From IMG/VR virus record IMGVR_UViG_3300042463_000956, positions 1 to 64,000 of that record: DNA of 64,000 nt; one strand, written 5' to 3'. The notes beneath the pieces are model-generated. The model was not told the origin of the DNA, ran no database searches, and was given only the letters and a program-made list of their open reading frames with translations. Both the position numbers and the translations under genes were made by a program. Below, piece by piece: positions 24,839 to 35,558 of this stretch (the stretch's first letter is position 1; each line of letters opens with the position of its first letter). The stretch is from an uncultured virus (IMG/VR IMGVR_UViG_3300042463_000956) (taxonomy: Duplodnaviria; Heunggongvirae; Uroviricota; Caudoviricetes).

Positions 24839-26899
24839 TTAATCCTCCTTTTTCTTTCTACCTTTTTTCTTTGGTTCTGGTTTTGTCCTATCTTCAATTT
24901 CTATTGTTTGGTCTTCACCTTCTCCTTTTACAAATAACATATATTCTTTTTCTTCCAAGACTTCACTTGTTAATATTTTTTCAGAAATAAGATCCTCTAT
25001 TTTATCCTGTATTGCACGTTTAATTGGTCTAGCACCATATTGTTCATCAAAACCAACTTTGGCGATTAAATCAATAACAGACGATTCATAAGAAACTTTA
25101 TATTTCATTGCTATTAATCTATCAATAAGTTTATCAATTTCTAGTTTTACAATTTTATCAATGTGTTCTTTTACTAAAGAATTAAAAATAACAACATCGT
25201 CAATTCTATTTAAAAATTCTGGTGCAAAAAACTTACGCAACTCTTTTTTCAAAACATCTCTTTTATACTCTTCCTGGACTGCATCACTATTATTATTTGT
25301 TTTGAATCCAACACCACTTCCAAAATCTTGAACTTTTCTAACCCCAATGTTTGAAGTCATAATAATCAAACAGTTTTTAAAATTAATTTTTCTACCAAGA
25401 CCATCCGTCATATGTCCATCATCTAACATTTGAAGTAATGTAGCAAAAATATCTTTATTTGCCTTTTCAATTTCATCAAAAAGAATAACAGAGTATGGTT
25501 TATTTTTTACTTGTTCTGTTAACTGTCCACCTTCTTCGTGACCAACATATCCTGGAGGAGAACCAATAAGTCTTGAGATGGTGTGTTTTTCTTGGTATTC
25601 AGACATATCAACACGAATCAAACTATCTTCACTACCAAAAATTTCTTTTGCCAGTTTTTTAGCTAAAAATGTTTTACCAACACCAGTTGAGCCTAGAAAT
25701 ATAAATGAACCAATTGGTCTATTTGGGTCTTTAATACCAACCCTATTTCTTCTGATTGCTTTTGATATTTTTTTAACAGCTTCATCCTGACCAATTACGT
25801 AACTATTTAAAGAATCTTCCAAATTAACGAGTGAATTTTTTTCATCAATATTAATTTTACTTACTGGTATTTTAGTCATATTTGATACAACCTCATAAAT
25901 TAAATCTTCTGGAATACCACGTTTACTAGTTCTCAACCCTTCCTCAAACTTCTTTTTTTCTTCGTCAAGTTTCATCAAGATATTTTTTTCACGGTCACGA
26001 AGTTCTGCAGCCATTTCATATTTTTGTTTTTTAATAACATCTGCTTTTTCTTGTTTAATATCTGAAGCTTCTTGTTTTAATTTTTCAATATGTTCTGGAA
26101 GTTTAATATCTATTTGCATACGTGAACCAACCTCATCTAAAATATCAAATGCTTTATCTGGAAATTCACGGTCTGTAATATACCTATCTGCTAACTCAAC
26201 ACACAACCAAAGTGATTCATCTGTATAGTTAACTTTGTGGTGTTCTTCGTATTTATCCTTACTTTGTTTTAGAATCTCAAAAGTTTCTTGTTTTGTTGAT
26301 GGGTCAACAATGATTTTTTGAAATCTTCTTTCTAATGCACCATCTTTTTCAAAATGTTTTCTATATTCATCAAGAGTTGTCGCACCAATACATTGAATCT
26401 CACCTCTTGATAATGCTGGTTTAAAGATGTTTGAAGCATCTAAAGAACCAGAACTATTACCAGCTCCAACCATCGTGTGTATCTCATCAATAAAGATTAT
26501 AATGTTTGGGCTTGTTTGTAACTCTTCAATTATAACCTTCATTCTTTCCTCAAATTGTCCGCGATATTTTGTACCAGCAACAATAGAATTAATATCTAAA
26601 GACACAATACGTTTATCCGCCAAGTTTTTTGGGCATTCACCAGCGTGAATCATCATAGCTAAACCTTCCACAATTGCCGTTTTACCAGCACCAGGTTCAC
26701 CAATAATAATTGGATTATTTTTTTTTCTTCTAGATAATACTTGAGCAATACGTAGGATTTCTTTTTGTCTTCCAATTACTGGATCTAGTTTTCCTTGTTC
26801 TGCTAGTTTAATCAAATCCTTACTGAAATTATCTAAAACTGGGGTACCACCATCTTTCTTTTTACCCTTATCACCGTCATCTACAAATTCTATAGCCAT
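24839..26899 (-). CDS. clpC: ClpC/ClpB-type AAA+ ATPase lacking the N-domain, with a UVR coiled-coil M-domain
   Basis: LDPVIGR, GEPGAGKT, IDEIH, GSTGVGKT, FDEIEKA, GARP; IGSPPGYVG loop; VGF ClpP-docking-like loop. Confidence 0.9.
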   Translation of the reverse strand: MAIEFVDDGDKGKKKDGGTPVLDNFSKDLIKLAEQGKLDPVIGRQKEILRIAQVLSRRKKNNPIIIGEPGAGKTAIVEGLAMMIHAGECPKNLADKRIVSLDINSIVAGTKYRGQFEERMKVIIEELQTSPNIIIFIDEIHTMVGAGNSSGSLDASNIFKPALSRGEIQCIGATTLDEYRKHFEKDGALERRFQKIIVDPSTKQETFEILKQSKDKYEEHHKVNYTDESLWLCVELADRYITDREFPDKAFDILDEVGSRMQIDIKLPEHIEKLKQEASDIKQEKADVIKKQKYEMAAELRDREKNILMKLDEEKKKFEEGLRTSKRGIPEDLIYEVVSNMTKIPVSKINIDEKNSLVNLEDSLNSYVIGQDEAVKKISKAIRRNRVGIKDPNRPIGSFIFLGSTGVGKTFLAKKLAKEIFGSEDSLIRVDMSEYQEKHTISRLIGSPPGYVGHEEGGQLTEQVKNKPYSVILFDEIEKANKDIFATLLQMLDDGHMTDGLGRKINFKNCLIIMTSNIGVRKVQDFGSGVGFKTNNNSDAVQEEYKRDVLKKELRKFFAPEFLNRIDDVVIFNSLVKEHIDKIVKLEIDKLIDRLIAMKYKVSYESSVIDLIAKVGFDEQYGARPIKRAIQDKIEDLISEKILTSEVLEEKEYMLFVKGEGEDQTIEIEDRTKPEPKKKGRKKKED

Positions 26900-27049
26900 A
26901 TTTAATTTTTTATTTAATTTTAGACATAAATAGGTTCGTAGTCAATATTTGACTTTATGTCAGATATACTGACATTTTGTCAGTTTTTTTTGTTTTGGTA
27001 TAAAATTCGTCAAAAATAAACCAAAATAAACTTATAAAAAAATAAAATT

Positions 27050-27421
27050 ATGTTTGGTAGAAACTTTGATAAACTTTTTAACGAATTGTTTAATTCAGAA
27101 AATCCATTCTTTGGTGGTTTAAATAACCTTGAAAAAAGAACTTACAAATCGGAAGATGGTTCGATTACATTTACTTACATTACAAATGTAAAAGGAGACT
27201 TAAATAAATTAGATGAATTAGATTTATTAAAACAAAAACTTGAAATGGCTGTTGATGAACAGAATTTTGAAGAGGCTGTGGAGTTGAGGGATAAGATTAA
27301 AAATCTAGAACAAAACAAAGAAAAAATAAGTAAGCTTAATAAAGAACTGGAAGAATGTATTAAAACCCAGAACTTTGAAAAGGCGATAGAACTAAGAGAC
27401 AAAATCAACTCCCTAAAATAA
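27050..27421 (+). CDS. Tandem UVR (UvrB/C) motif protein
   Basis: Two NFE.A.ELRDKI motifs. Confidence 0.8.
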   Translation: MFGRNFDKLFNELFNSENPFFGGLNNLEKRTYKSEDGSITFTYITNVKGDLNKLDELDLLKQKLEMAVDEQNFEEAVELRDKIKNLEQNKEKISKLNKELEECIKTQNFEKAIELRDKINSLK

Positions 27422-27484
27422 CAAGGTCCACCCCAAAAGGGTGGATTTTTGTTTTATATAAAATATATTTAAAATAAAAAAGTT

Positions 27485-27730
27485 ATGGCAATTACTAAAG
27501 AAGAAATTAAAGGAACAAAAATCATAAATGAAGTTGAGTCTTCAAATATCGTTAGAACTGAATATGATACCGAGACAAAAAAAATGATTACAGAATTTAA
27601 AAACGGTATGAAATACGAATATGAAGATGTCCCACACCAAACTTACACTTCATTTAGATCAGCAAAATCACAAGGTTCGTTTTTTAATACAAACATTTCA
27701 AAAGCTTTTAAGTATAAGAAATTAAGTTAA
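27485..27730 (+). CDS. KTSC domain protein
   Basis: VESSNI..EYD, YEYEDVP, SQGSFFNTNI. Confidence 0.85.
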   Translation: MAITKEEIKGTKIINEVESSNIVRTEYDTETKKMITEFKNGMKYEYEDVPHQTYTSFRSAKSQGSFFNTNISKAFKYKKLS

Positions 27731-27754
27731 TTCATTTTTCGAGTATTTATTATT

Positions 27755-28492
27755 ATGAATAATTCGGAAATTTTAAAAAGTTTTGAGACACAAGACGAAC
27801 TTAATTCTAAAATCTGGGATAAAAAAGGTAAAAGTTACAAAATAAATTCAGAAGTTAGAGAAAAATTATTAGAAGTTTCAAATTTGTTTATAGATTTTTT
27901 AGGTATAGATGTCCTAATTACAGATATAATAATGATTGGTTCTTTGACTAACTATAATTGGTCAAAATATTCTGATGTTGATTTACATATTGTTCTAAAC
28001 TATTCTCAATTTCCTGAAAACACAAAAGAATTATATGTTGAATTTTTTGATTTAAAAAAAATAGTTTTTAACCAAAAACATAATATAAAATTGTTTGGTT
28101 ATGATGTTGAGTGCTTTGTTCAAGACGAAACTGAAGTAGCATTTAGTTCTGGTGTATATTCAATTCTTTACGATATGTGGGTTAATGAACCAAAGAAAGA
28201 AGAAATGAGAAATATTGATAAAAACTTAATTAAAGAAAAATCAAAACAATGGATGAATATTATAGACGGTGTTGTTGATAATATCAAAGATGAAAGTCCA
28301 GACGAAATAAAATCAATTGTAAAAAAATATAAAGAAAAACTTAAAAAGTTTAGAAGCTGCGGATTAGAGAAAGGTGGGGAAATGTCCCTTGAAAATTTGG
28401 TTTTTAAACTACTTAGAAGAAATGGTTATATAGAAAAACTATATAATATACCAACAGAATTGATAGATAAGAAATTATCTATGAATCAATAA
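27755..28492 (+). CDS. Pol-beta-like nucleotidyltransferase
   Basis: GSLTNYNWSKYSDVDLH (GS..DxD). Confidence 0.8.
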   Translation: MNNSEILKSFETQDELNSKIWDKKGKSYKINSEVREKLLEVSNLFIDFLGIDVLITDIIMIGSLTNYNWSKYSDVDLHIVLNYSQFPENTKELYVEFFDLKKIVFNQKHNIKLFGYDVECFVQDETEVAFSSGVYSILYDMWVNEPKKEEMRNIDKNLIKEKSKQWMNIIDGVVDNIKDESPDEIKSIVKKYKEKLKKFRSCGLEKGGEMSLENLVFKLLRRNGYIEKLYNIPTELIDKKLSMNQ

Positions 28493-28566
28493 TTTATTAA
28501 AAAATAAAATAATCTTAATAATCGATATATTTATTAAGAAAAATAATTAATTCAAAAAAAGATACT

Positions 28567-30060
28567 ATGGGAGGATTAAGACCTATCGGAAGTGAAAAGT
28601 TGGAAGGGATGGATAAAATTCGTAGAATTATGGAAATTGCCAGATACAACGAATCTATTCCACAACCAGTAAATGAAGATAAAAAAACAGAATATACAGC
28701 TGAATTAGCTGACGGTAAAACATATACAATCGTAAGAGAAAGATTGGGATATATAATCAAAGAAAGCTATGATGGTCTTGAAAATGAATATATTGAACCT
28801 ATCCAAAATAGAAAATATTTTCCTTCTTACTCACAGGCATTGAAAAAGTTAAACCTTATGGCTAAAGACTTTAATCAAATGTACGGAAATGAAGAAGGTA
28901 TGTCTTTATTTACCGAACAAAAAAAAAAGTTCAAACTAAAGCTTCCTGGTAAAAAAAAAGCTGAACCAACTGGAGATGAAGGAGCTTTACCTCCACCAGA
29001 ACCAGTAGCAGCTCCGGCACCAATGCCGGCAGCACCACCTATGGATGATATGGGCGGAGAAGGATTACCTCCACCACCAGATATGAGTGCAACTGGAGGA
29101 GAAGAAGGATTGCCTCCACCACCTATGGATGATATGGGCGGAGAAGGATTACCTCCACCACCAGATATGAGTGCAACTGGAGGAGAAGAAGGATTGCCTC
29201 CACCACCTATGGATGATATGGGTGATGAAGAAGAATCGGAAGATGGAGGAAAATCAAAAAAAGAAGGTGGAACAACATTTAAAGTAATTCAAAAACTTAC
29301 AGGTAAATTAGCACAAAGAATTAGAAAATATAATAGTGAAGATGATATGGATCCTAATGATGTTAAGTACATCATAAATTCTATTTTGTCCGCACTTGAC
29401 GTTGATTTGTTAGATGATGACGATTTAGAGGAAATAATATCTAGATTAGAAGGTGACTTAGATGAAGAAGGGGATGAAGAAGATGATGAAGATTTGGAAG
29501 ATGAAGAAATGAGTGATGAAGAATTACCAGAACCAACATCTGATGAAGAAGAGGGTGCGTTACCTCCACCACCACCAGCTGGCGGTGAAATGACAGAATA
29601 TGATTTAGGTGAAATGGCGACACTTGGTCAAGCAATTAATCATCGTGTTAAATCAGAAATGGCACAAGGTCTAAAAGATATGACAAGTGAATGGGGTGAA
29701 GAATATACTAGACGTGGTGCTAGAGAACCAAGACACACTTATAATCATTTTTCACACGGAACATTTGGGGAATCAAAAGTTGATAAAATTATTTCACAAT
29801 ATTTTACAACACAGAAAAAAGAAATAATTTCTGAAGAAACGAAAAAAATTCAAAAATTAGAAAAATACGAAAAAATAAAAGAAACAAATTCTAAAAATGT
29901 TAAGATGCTTTCTGAAAACATTAAACAAGAAAGAATGGCATTAAAATATATGGAAAAAAATCCAATTTCAGTTCTTGTCGGAAAAACAAATAAAGGAAGT
30001 TTGGTTTTTAAAGAAGGAGTTGTTAATACAAAAATTACTATCAACGGATTAGTAATATGA
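28567..30060 (+). CDS. Acidic, Pro-rich hypothetical protein (probable prohead core component)
   Basis: 497 aa with a 90-bp tandem duplication at ~29033-29222. Confidence 0.65.
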   Translation: MGGLRPIGSEKLEGMDKIRRIMEIARYNESIPQPVNEDKKTEYTAELADGKTYTIVRERLGYIIKESYDGLENEYIEPIQNRKYFPSYSQALKKLNLMAKDFNQMYGNEEGMSLFTEQKKKFKLKLPGKKKAEPTGDEGALPPPEPVAAPAPMPAAPPMDDMGGEGLPPPPDMSATGGEEGLPPPPMDDMGGEGLPPPPDMSATGGEEGLPPPPMDDMGDEEESEDGGKSKKEGGTTFKVIQKLTGKLAQRIRKYNSEDDMDPNDVKYIINSILSALDVDLLDDDDLEEIISRLEGDLDEEGDEEDDEDLEDEEMSDEELPEPTSDEEEGALPPPPPAGGEMTEYDLGEMATLGQAINHRVKSEMAQGLKDMTSEWGEEYTRRGAREPRHTYNHFSHGTFGESKVDKIISQYFTTQKKEIISEETKKIQKLEKYEKIKETNSKNVKMLSENIKQERMALKYMEKNPISVLVGKTNKGSLVFKEGVVNTKITINGLVI

Positions 30061-30464
30061 GTTACTTATTATACATAAATGGTTTGGGACCTAATTATAA
30101 AGGTGAAAACATTTATGAATTTATTTTTGGTGACTCTTTGGAAGATGTTTGGGGTGAAAATTGGGAAGCAAGACCGGCAAACGGTTACCCAAGTCCACCA
30201 GATGTTGACCACGTAAAAAAAGTTGGGACATTAACACATAATGAAATTACATTGGAGTTGGTACAAAATTCCGATGTATTTTCAGTTCAAGATTCAATTG
30301 ATGGTGTTATTGCCCTAGGTTGGGAAAAAGAAGATGAAATTGATTTTTCATTGGTGAAAAGATTGGTTTTCAAATATGGGGACCAAGAACAGGATGTAAA
30401 AGATAAATTATACGAGAGAGATCTTGTGTTGCAATTTGAAAAAAAAGTTGTTTATGAAAACTAA
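30057..30464 (+). CDS. Hypothetical protein
   Basis: ATGA-coupled ORF. Confidence 0.7.
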   Translation: MSYLLYINGLGPNYKGENIYEFIFGDSLEDVWGENWEARPANGYPSPPDVDHVKKVGTLTHNEITLELVQNSDVFSVQDSIDGVIALGWEKEDEIDFSLVKRLVFKYGDQEQDVKDKLYERDLVLQFEKKVVYEN

Positions 30465-31668
30465 CAGAAACGTCAGTATATTATTAGAAAATGGATTCCA
30501 TTTTAGTACAATTTCTAAAATGAAACCAAACGAAGTTAAATTATTATCTGAAAAATTTTTTAAATCCAGACCTATGGGTGATGTTGGGCAAGCAAAAAAA
30601 GATTCTTTGAAATCTATGAAGGCTTTTATTAAAAAATATTTAGGTATTGAAAATCCAGATGGTTTATCCTATAAAGAAGCATTGGAAAAAATGAAAATGG
30701 TTGCTCGTCACGCAAAATCACCTAACTCCAATAGAATTACTGACTTAGGTGCTGAAGTATATAGAATAGCAAAAGATTTAGATATACCTGAAGATAAAAA
30801 AGAAGAATCAACAGAGGCCGTTTCAATAAGTCAAGAACAAGACAATATGAAAAACGTTAACGTAACTGGTTCTGGAAAAGTTAATGTAAATGGTATAAAT
30901 ATGGATTTAAATGGTTCTTTAAAAGCTCAATTACCATCAAATGCTAAAGTTGAACCGATTAGTGAAAAATTTGAATCAAAAGCACAACAAGGATTCTTTT
31001 GGGCTAAATGTAATACAAGTAAAGGTGTTAAGAAAAAAAAATGGTGTGAAATGGCTAGAGAATTTTCCGATAGTACATCAAAAAAACAATATAAAAATAT
31101 GCCAGAAAAAAAACATCCAGAAAAAACTGTCAAAAGAAAAACAAGAAAAAATACAGACGAAAATTATGAAAAGTATTTAGAAGAACAAATATTCAATATG
31201 ATTGAAAAACATATTGAGCCTAGTATGTCAAAAGGTGAGTTGTTAAAAACAATCCAAGAAAAAGTCGATAAGTCTGAAAAGTTTATGTTGAACAATCCAA
31301 AGAAAAATACTATGTTTCAACCAGAAACAAAAGAAGGTATGATGAAAAAACCAATAGGAAAAATGTTTAGTATGGAAAAAGAATTGGGTGAAAACACAAA
31401 AGAAAAAGAAAGAACTAAAGAAAGAGAAAAAACTAAAACACCAACAAGACGAAAAAATCCTTTTAAGGACCCAAGTCCAGGTGTTGAAGAACAACCAAAA
31501 GCAGATACAAAAGAAAAAGAAAGAACTAAAACAAAACCAGGAACAAAAAATCCAACAAGAAGGAAAAACCCTTTCAAAGATCCAAGTCCAGGTGTTGAAG
31601 AACAACCAAAAGCTGAAGACCAAAAAAATGATTTTATGTCAGCAATAACATCAATTCTAAGAAATTAA
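30454..31668 (+). CDS. Hypothetical protein with a C-terminal ~39-aa tandem repeat
   Basis: ATG start at 30454; TKEKERTK...RRKNPFKDPSPGVEEQPKA occurs twice. Confidence 0.7.
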   Translation: MKTNRNVSILLENGFHFSTISKMKPNEVKLLSEKFFKSRPMGDVGQAKKDSLKSMKAFIKKYLGIENPDGLSYKEALEKMKMVARHAKSPNSNRITDLGAEVYRIAKDLDIPEDKKEESTEAVSISQEQDNMKNVNVTGSGKVNVNGINMDLNGSLKAQLPSNAKVEPISEKFESKAQQGFFWAKCNTSKGVKKKKWCEMAREFSDSTSKKQYKNMPEKKHPEKTVKRKTRKNTDENYEKYLEEQIFNMIEKHIEPSMSKGELLKTIQEKVDKSEKFMLNNPKKNTMFQPETKEGMMKKPIGKMFSMEKELGENTKEKERTKEREKTKTPTRRKNPFKDPSPGVEEQPKADTKEKERTKTKPGTKNPTRRKNPFKDPSPGVEEQPKAEDQKNDFMSAITSILRN

Positions 31669-31672
31669 AAAA

Positions 31673-33052
31673 ATGGGAAATAAAGATTTAGAAAGACTTG
31701 TAAGAAAAATAGTAAAGGAAGCACCTGTTGATTATGGTGATTACGAAGAAAGAATGCACCCAAGAACTCAACAAAGAATTGAGGACCCAGAAGGTATCTA
31801 CGCAAAAAATAGAGCTTTTAGAGGTGGTGTTTCAGATGTTGAAAAAATTGCTGGTAAAAGATTTAAAGAAGTTGTTGATTACGTAAAAAGGTATTTTGGT
31901 ACTGAACAAAATATTACAAACCCACAAGTTAAAATGGCAATACAAATAGCACAAATGCAAGCTGTTAGACAAGCTATGCAACTTGAACCTAGGTATAAAG
32001 AACAATTAAGAGATTTGGCTGTTGAGATTGCGGCAAAAGAAGAAGGTTGGTTACCTTACTCTGATAATATGGAGCAAGCGATTGAAAAAGGATTGGTTGT
32101 TAAGGAAAGAAAAGATGGTGGTGTTGTATATGAATTTGATTTTGTTAATATGCTAACATTTTTAGGTGAACAAGCAATTGACCCAGGAATTTTTAAGATG
32201 AAACCACAAAAAGAACAAAAACTTCCATTACCCCCAAATTTTTCTTTTGATATTGATGAACTTACACCAGAAGAACAGAAACAATTAGAAATTGAAAAGA
32301 GAAATGTAATCAACGCAATTATAATGGGTAAAGGAAAACGTGGTCAGTTTGCATACCAAATGTATAAAGATAGACTAGACGCAATTGATCCAGGATTATA
32401 TCCACTTTATAATAAAATTATGGGTGCAAACGATTTGATGTATTTTACCGATGAAGATTTAATTGAAGCTCTTGGTGGAAATGCTGCTGGTGCCGCAGGT
32501 AAAAAACAAGAAAGTAACGATGATGAAGATGAGGACGATGATGAGGGTGGTGAAGAACAAGATGACAATGACACTTATTACGCTAATGGGTTAATTTTTC
32601 CAATTTTACTTCACGAATTATTCAAATCATTTTCAATGATACAATCTAGAGCACAATGGAAAGATATGGACCCAGAAATGGCAACTCAAGTTATTGGTCA
32701 AACAGATACAATGGTTAATGAACCAATGAATTTCCGAGTTGGTGGTGAACTTGTAAGAAAATTAAGGACATTACTTCCAGATGAATTAACTTTAGATAAC
32801 GAAGGTAAAAAATACATTCCTTTCTTTGAGCAACTACTTTATAGTATTCCAGCTGAAGAATTTTTAAAAAATGTAATTGCAAATGTTGTTTCAGATAGTC
32901 CATCAGATAACGAAAAAGCAAAGAAAAAGTTTAATGAGTTATTACAACAAGCAAAAGCTAATTACAAAAAATACAAAGAAGGTGATGACGATGATGATGA
33001 CTACGATGACGACGAAGAGGACGACGATATTTTAACAAGATTAGGTTTGTAA
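31673..33052 (+). CDS. Hypothetical protein (DLERLVRKIVKE leader)
   Basis: 459-aa ORF in the late region. Confidence 0.75.
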   Translation: MGNKDLERLVRKIVKEAPVDYGDYEERMHPRTQQRIEDPEGIYAKNRAFRGGVSDVEKIAGKRFKEVVDYVKRYFGTEQNITNPQVKMAIQIAQMQAVRQAMQLEPRYKEQLRDLAVEIAAKEEGWLPYSDNMEQAIEKGLVVKERKDGGVVYEFDFVNMLTFLGEQAIDPGIFKMKPQKEQKLPLPPNFSFDIDELTPEEQKQLEIEKRNVINAIIMGKGKRGQFAYQMYKDRLDAIDPGLYPLYNKIMGANDLMYFTDEDLIEALGGNAAGAAGKKQESNDDEDEDDDEGGEEQDDNDTYYANGLIFPILLHELFKSFSMIQSRAQWKDMDPEMATQVIGQTDTMVNEPMNFRVGGELVRKLRTLLPDELTLDNEGKKYIPFFEQLLYSIPAEEFLKNVIANVVSDSPSDNEKAKKKFNELLQQAKANYKKYKEGDDDDDDYDDDEEDDDILTRLGL

Positions 33053-33062
33053 AATTTTTATT

Positions 33063-33392
33063 ATGAAAAAAATAATTAAATTAAGTGAAAATGATTTAGT
33101 AAAAATTATAAAAAAAGTTATTACTGAAAGTAAGGACTATACAACATTGTATTCACATGCTCTAACAAATAAAAATAATGAAAAATTTATAGTAAACAAA
33201 AGCACAATTTGGAAAAATAAAACTATAAATAATGAACAAGTTTGGTTAGGACCTAAAGGTTTATTTTTTACTTGTTCTGGATTAACACCTAGTAGTTTTG
33301 AGGAAGAAGATACATATTCACCTAAAAATATAAGTAAAATGTCTGGTTCTAAATCTTTGGTTTCTGTTATGAAAGAAAAACTTTGTAAATAA
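33063..33392 (+). CDS. Hypothetical protein with MKKIIKLSENDLVKIIKKVITE leader
   Basis: Shared N-terminal motif. Confidence 0.75.
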   Translation: MKKIIKLSENDLVKIIKKVITESKDYTTLYSHALTNKNNEKFIVNKSTIWKNKTINNEQVWLGPKGLFFTCSGLTPSSFEEEDTYSPKNISKMSGSKSLVSVMKEKLCK

Positions 33393-33446
33393 TTTTGTCA
33401 ATACAAATAAAGTTTATATATTTGTTAAACACTAAAAAAAACAAAT

Positions 33447-34166
33447 ATGAAACTAAAAAACAAAATTTATTTATTTACTGTACTAGTATTAATTTTACCT
33501 TTTAATTTTTTTTCTAAAACAAACAAAACAGAAAAATATTTGATTGGTGCTGATTTATCACATCACCAGGGAAAAATAAAATGGTCTAAAGGTGACAAAG
33601 AACTTTTTGATTTTATTTATATTAAATCAACCGAAGGTAAATCATTTAAAGATAGTGAATTTAAAAACAACTGGATTGGAACTAAAAAAGTTGGTATTTT
33701 AAGAGGTGCGTACCATGTTTTCAGACCAGAAATAAGTGGTAAAGTACAATCAAAAAATTTTATTGAGATAGTACCAAAAGAAAAAAATTCTTTACCTCCT
33801 GCTGTAGATTTAGTCTCACTATATGAAGTTGATATAAAAGACAAAAATAAAGTTCAAAAAGAAATTAAAATTCTTTTAAATACTTTGGAAAATCATTATG
33901 GTAAAAAACCAATTATTTATGTCTCAAGAGACATGTTTAATAAATTTTTAAAAGGTAATTTCAATAATGTTATTTGGACTTGGAATTATAAGTCTAAAAA
34001 AGAACCTAAAAATTTTAATAAGAATCAAACAATAATTTGGCAACACACTATTGCGGTCGGAAAAAAAACAAAATATAAAAAATTTACTAAGAATTTTGGT
34101 CTAGACTTGGATTTCTTTATCAAAGACAAATCAAAATTTGAAAGCTTAATGTTGGTAAAATTTTAA
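33447..34166 (+). CDS. GH25 muramidase with an N-terminal signal/anchor
   Basis: GADLSHHQG, FIYIKSTEG, GAYHVF, LPPAVD, KKPIIY, WQHT. Confidence 0.85.
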   Translation: MKLKNKIYLFTVLVLILPFNFFSKTNKTEKYLIGADLSHHQGKIKWSKGDKELFDFIYIKSTEGKSFKDSEFKNNWIGTKKVGILRGAYHVFRPEISGKVQSKNFIEIVPKEKNSLPPAVDLVSLYEVDIKDKNKVQKEIKILLNTLENHYGKKPIIYVSRDMFNKFLKGNFNNVIWTWNYKSKKEPKNFNKNQTIIWQHTIAVGKKTKYKKFTKNFGLDLDFFIKDKSKFESLMLVKF

Positions 34167-35554
34167 ACTGAATAACTACCTCCGTAATTTTTTGATTTGT
34201 TTGGTTGTATAGTATCTATTTTAGTACCAGTAAGTTTTACACAACCATAATTTTGTATCTTATTTGCTACGTACTCAACCATAGTTTTACTATCAACGCC
34301 ACCACCAACAATATCACCATGAGCACCTCTAAGTAAAGGAAAATAATTTAAAATTGGTTTATTTCTCAACACTTTAATTTTACCAGGATATGTCATTTTT
34401 GTTTTTTTGACAAACTGTTGAAGCTCTGGTGTTGAGTTTAACCATTCTTTCCATTTAGCTTCATTTTGGAATGGTTCATAAGTATCGGAATTACAAGGTC
34501 CTGCAAAAAATGGACTTGCTGTTTCACAGTATTTAGTTACCATTTTTTCTTTTGGCCAAGAATGCAACGATATTGCAATATCCCATAAATGGTTTCCAGT
34601 ACCGTTTATACCATTTTTCCAAAAACCATTATTTTTCGCTATTTCGTTTTCAGAAGGCTGTGATGATAAACCAATTTTTTTAGCGTCAAGGTAACCATTC
34701 CAAGTTGTAACCATTGCAGCTAAGCCAGACCCAATCACACTCTCGATACCATAACCAAATTCCTTTTCAATACCCGTGTCTTCATATTTTGAAATTTGAA
34801 ACTCGGCCGGACCAAAACTAGGTTCTGATTTATTTGAGTATTTTGCGTATTGTTTTAAAGCTGAAGAACCAACTGGTTTTGTGTAAACATCATAAGGATT
34901 AATCTCAACACCTAAAATATTTTTTGTCTCAACATCATATAGTCTGTCAATTTTCCCATAATTTGATTGCCAAGCTAATAAACCAATTGCAATTTTAGTT
35001 AGTGTTAATAATTCATCATCAGAAATACCACTTAATTTTGTTTTAATTTTTTCGTAATTCTTTCTTATTGTAGTTAAAAAACAAGATATTTCTTTACTTA
35101 TACAAAATGGTTTACAATAATTTTCACCTTGGGTTAAATCTGGCCTATCTTGTCTTTCAATATTATATTTTAAAGTATCACTATATTTTTTTTGATCATA
35201 ATCAACACCATATTTGTCTAAAATTTTTTGTAATTCGGTAAATTCGTCTGGTTTTAAATATTGTTTTTTTCCTGGTGTACATCTAAATTTTGAGGCTGTG
35301 TATTTAAAAATTATTGGAGCACAATTTAATGATGTTGGTGATTCACAACCTTTTACTTCAGACCAACCACATTTTTTTGCGTTTAGTAGTAATTGTGAGG
35401 GACATTTCCAATTATTTTTTTTGTATTGTTCTAGAGTTGTGTAACCACACTTGTATGCGTTTTTTAATGCAACATTTGTGTCAACCTCATTAATTTGAGT
35501 TTTTAACCTTAATATTAAATTTTTTAGTTGTTCTTCTGTGATTAAAACTTTCAT
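34163..35554 (-). CDS. Hypothetical protein (MKVLITEEQLKNLI leader)
   Basis: 463-aa ORF. Confidence 0.7.
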   Translation of the reverse strand: MKVLITEEQLKNLILRLKTQINEVDTNVALKNAYKCGYTTLEQYKKNNWKCPSQLLLNAKKCGWSEVKGCESPTSLNCAPIIFKYTASKFRCTPGKKQYLKPDEFTELQKILDKYGVDYDQKKYSDTLKYNIERQDRPDLTQGENYCKPFCISKEISCFLTTIRKNYEKIKTKLSGISDDELLTLTKIAIGLLAWQSNYGKIDRLYDVETKNILGVEINPYDVYTKPVGSSALKQYAKYSNKSEPSFGPAEFQISKYEDTGIEKEFGYGIESVIGSGLAAMVTTWNGYLDAKKIGLSSQPSENEIAKNNGFWKNGINGTGNHLWDIAISLHSWPKEKMVTKYCETASPFFAGPCNSDTYEPFQNEAKWKEWLNSTPELQQFVKKTKMTYPGKIKVLRNKPILNYFPLLRGAHGDIVGGGVDSKTMVEYVANKIQNYGCVKLTGTKIDTIQPNKSKNYGGSYSV

Positions 35555-35558
35555 AAAA

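Noticed and set aside
29033..31620. Intragenic tandem repeats (90 bp and ~117 bp) as regulatory or mobile elements
   Set aside because: They are in-frame duplications encoding low-complexity protein linkers.
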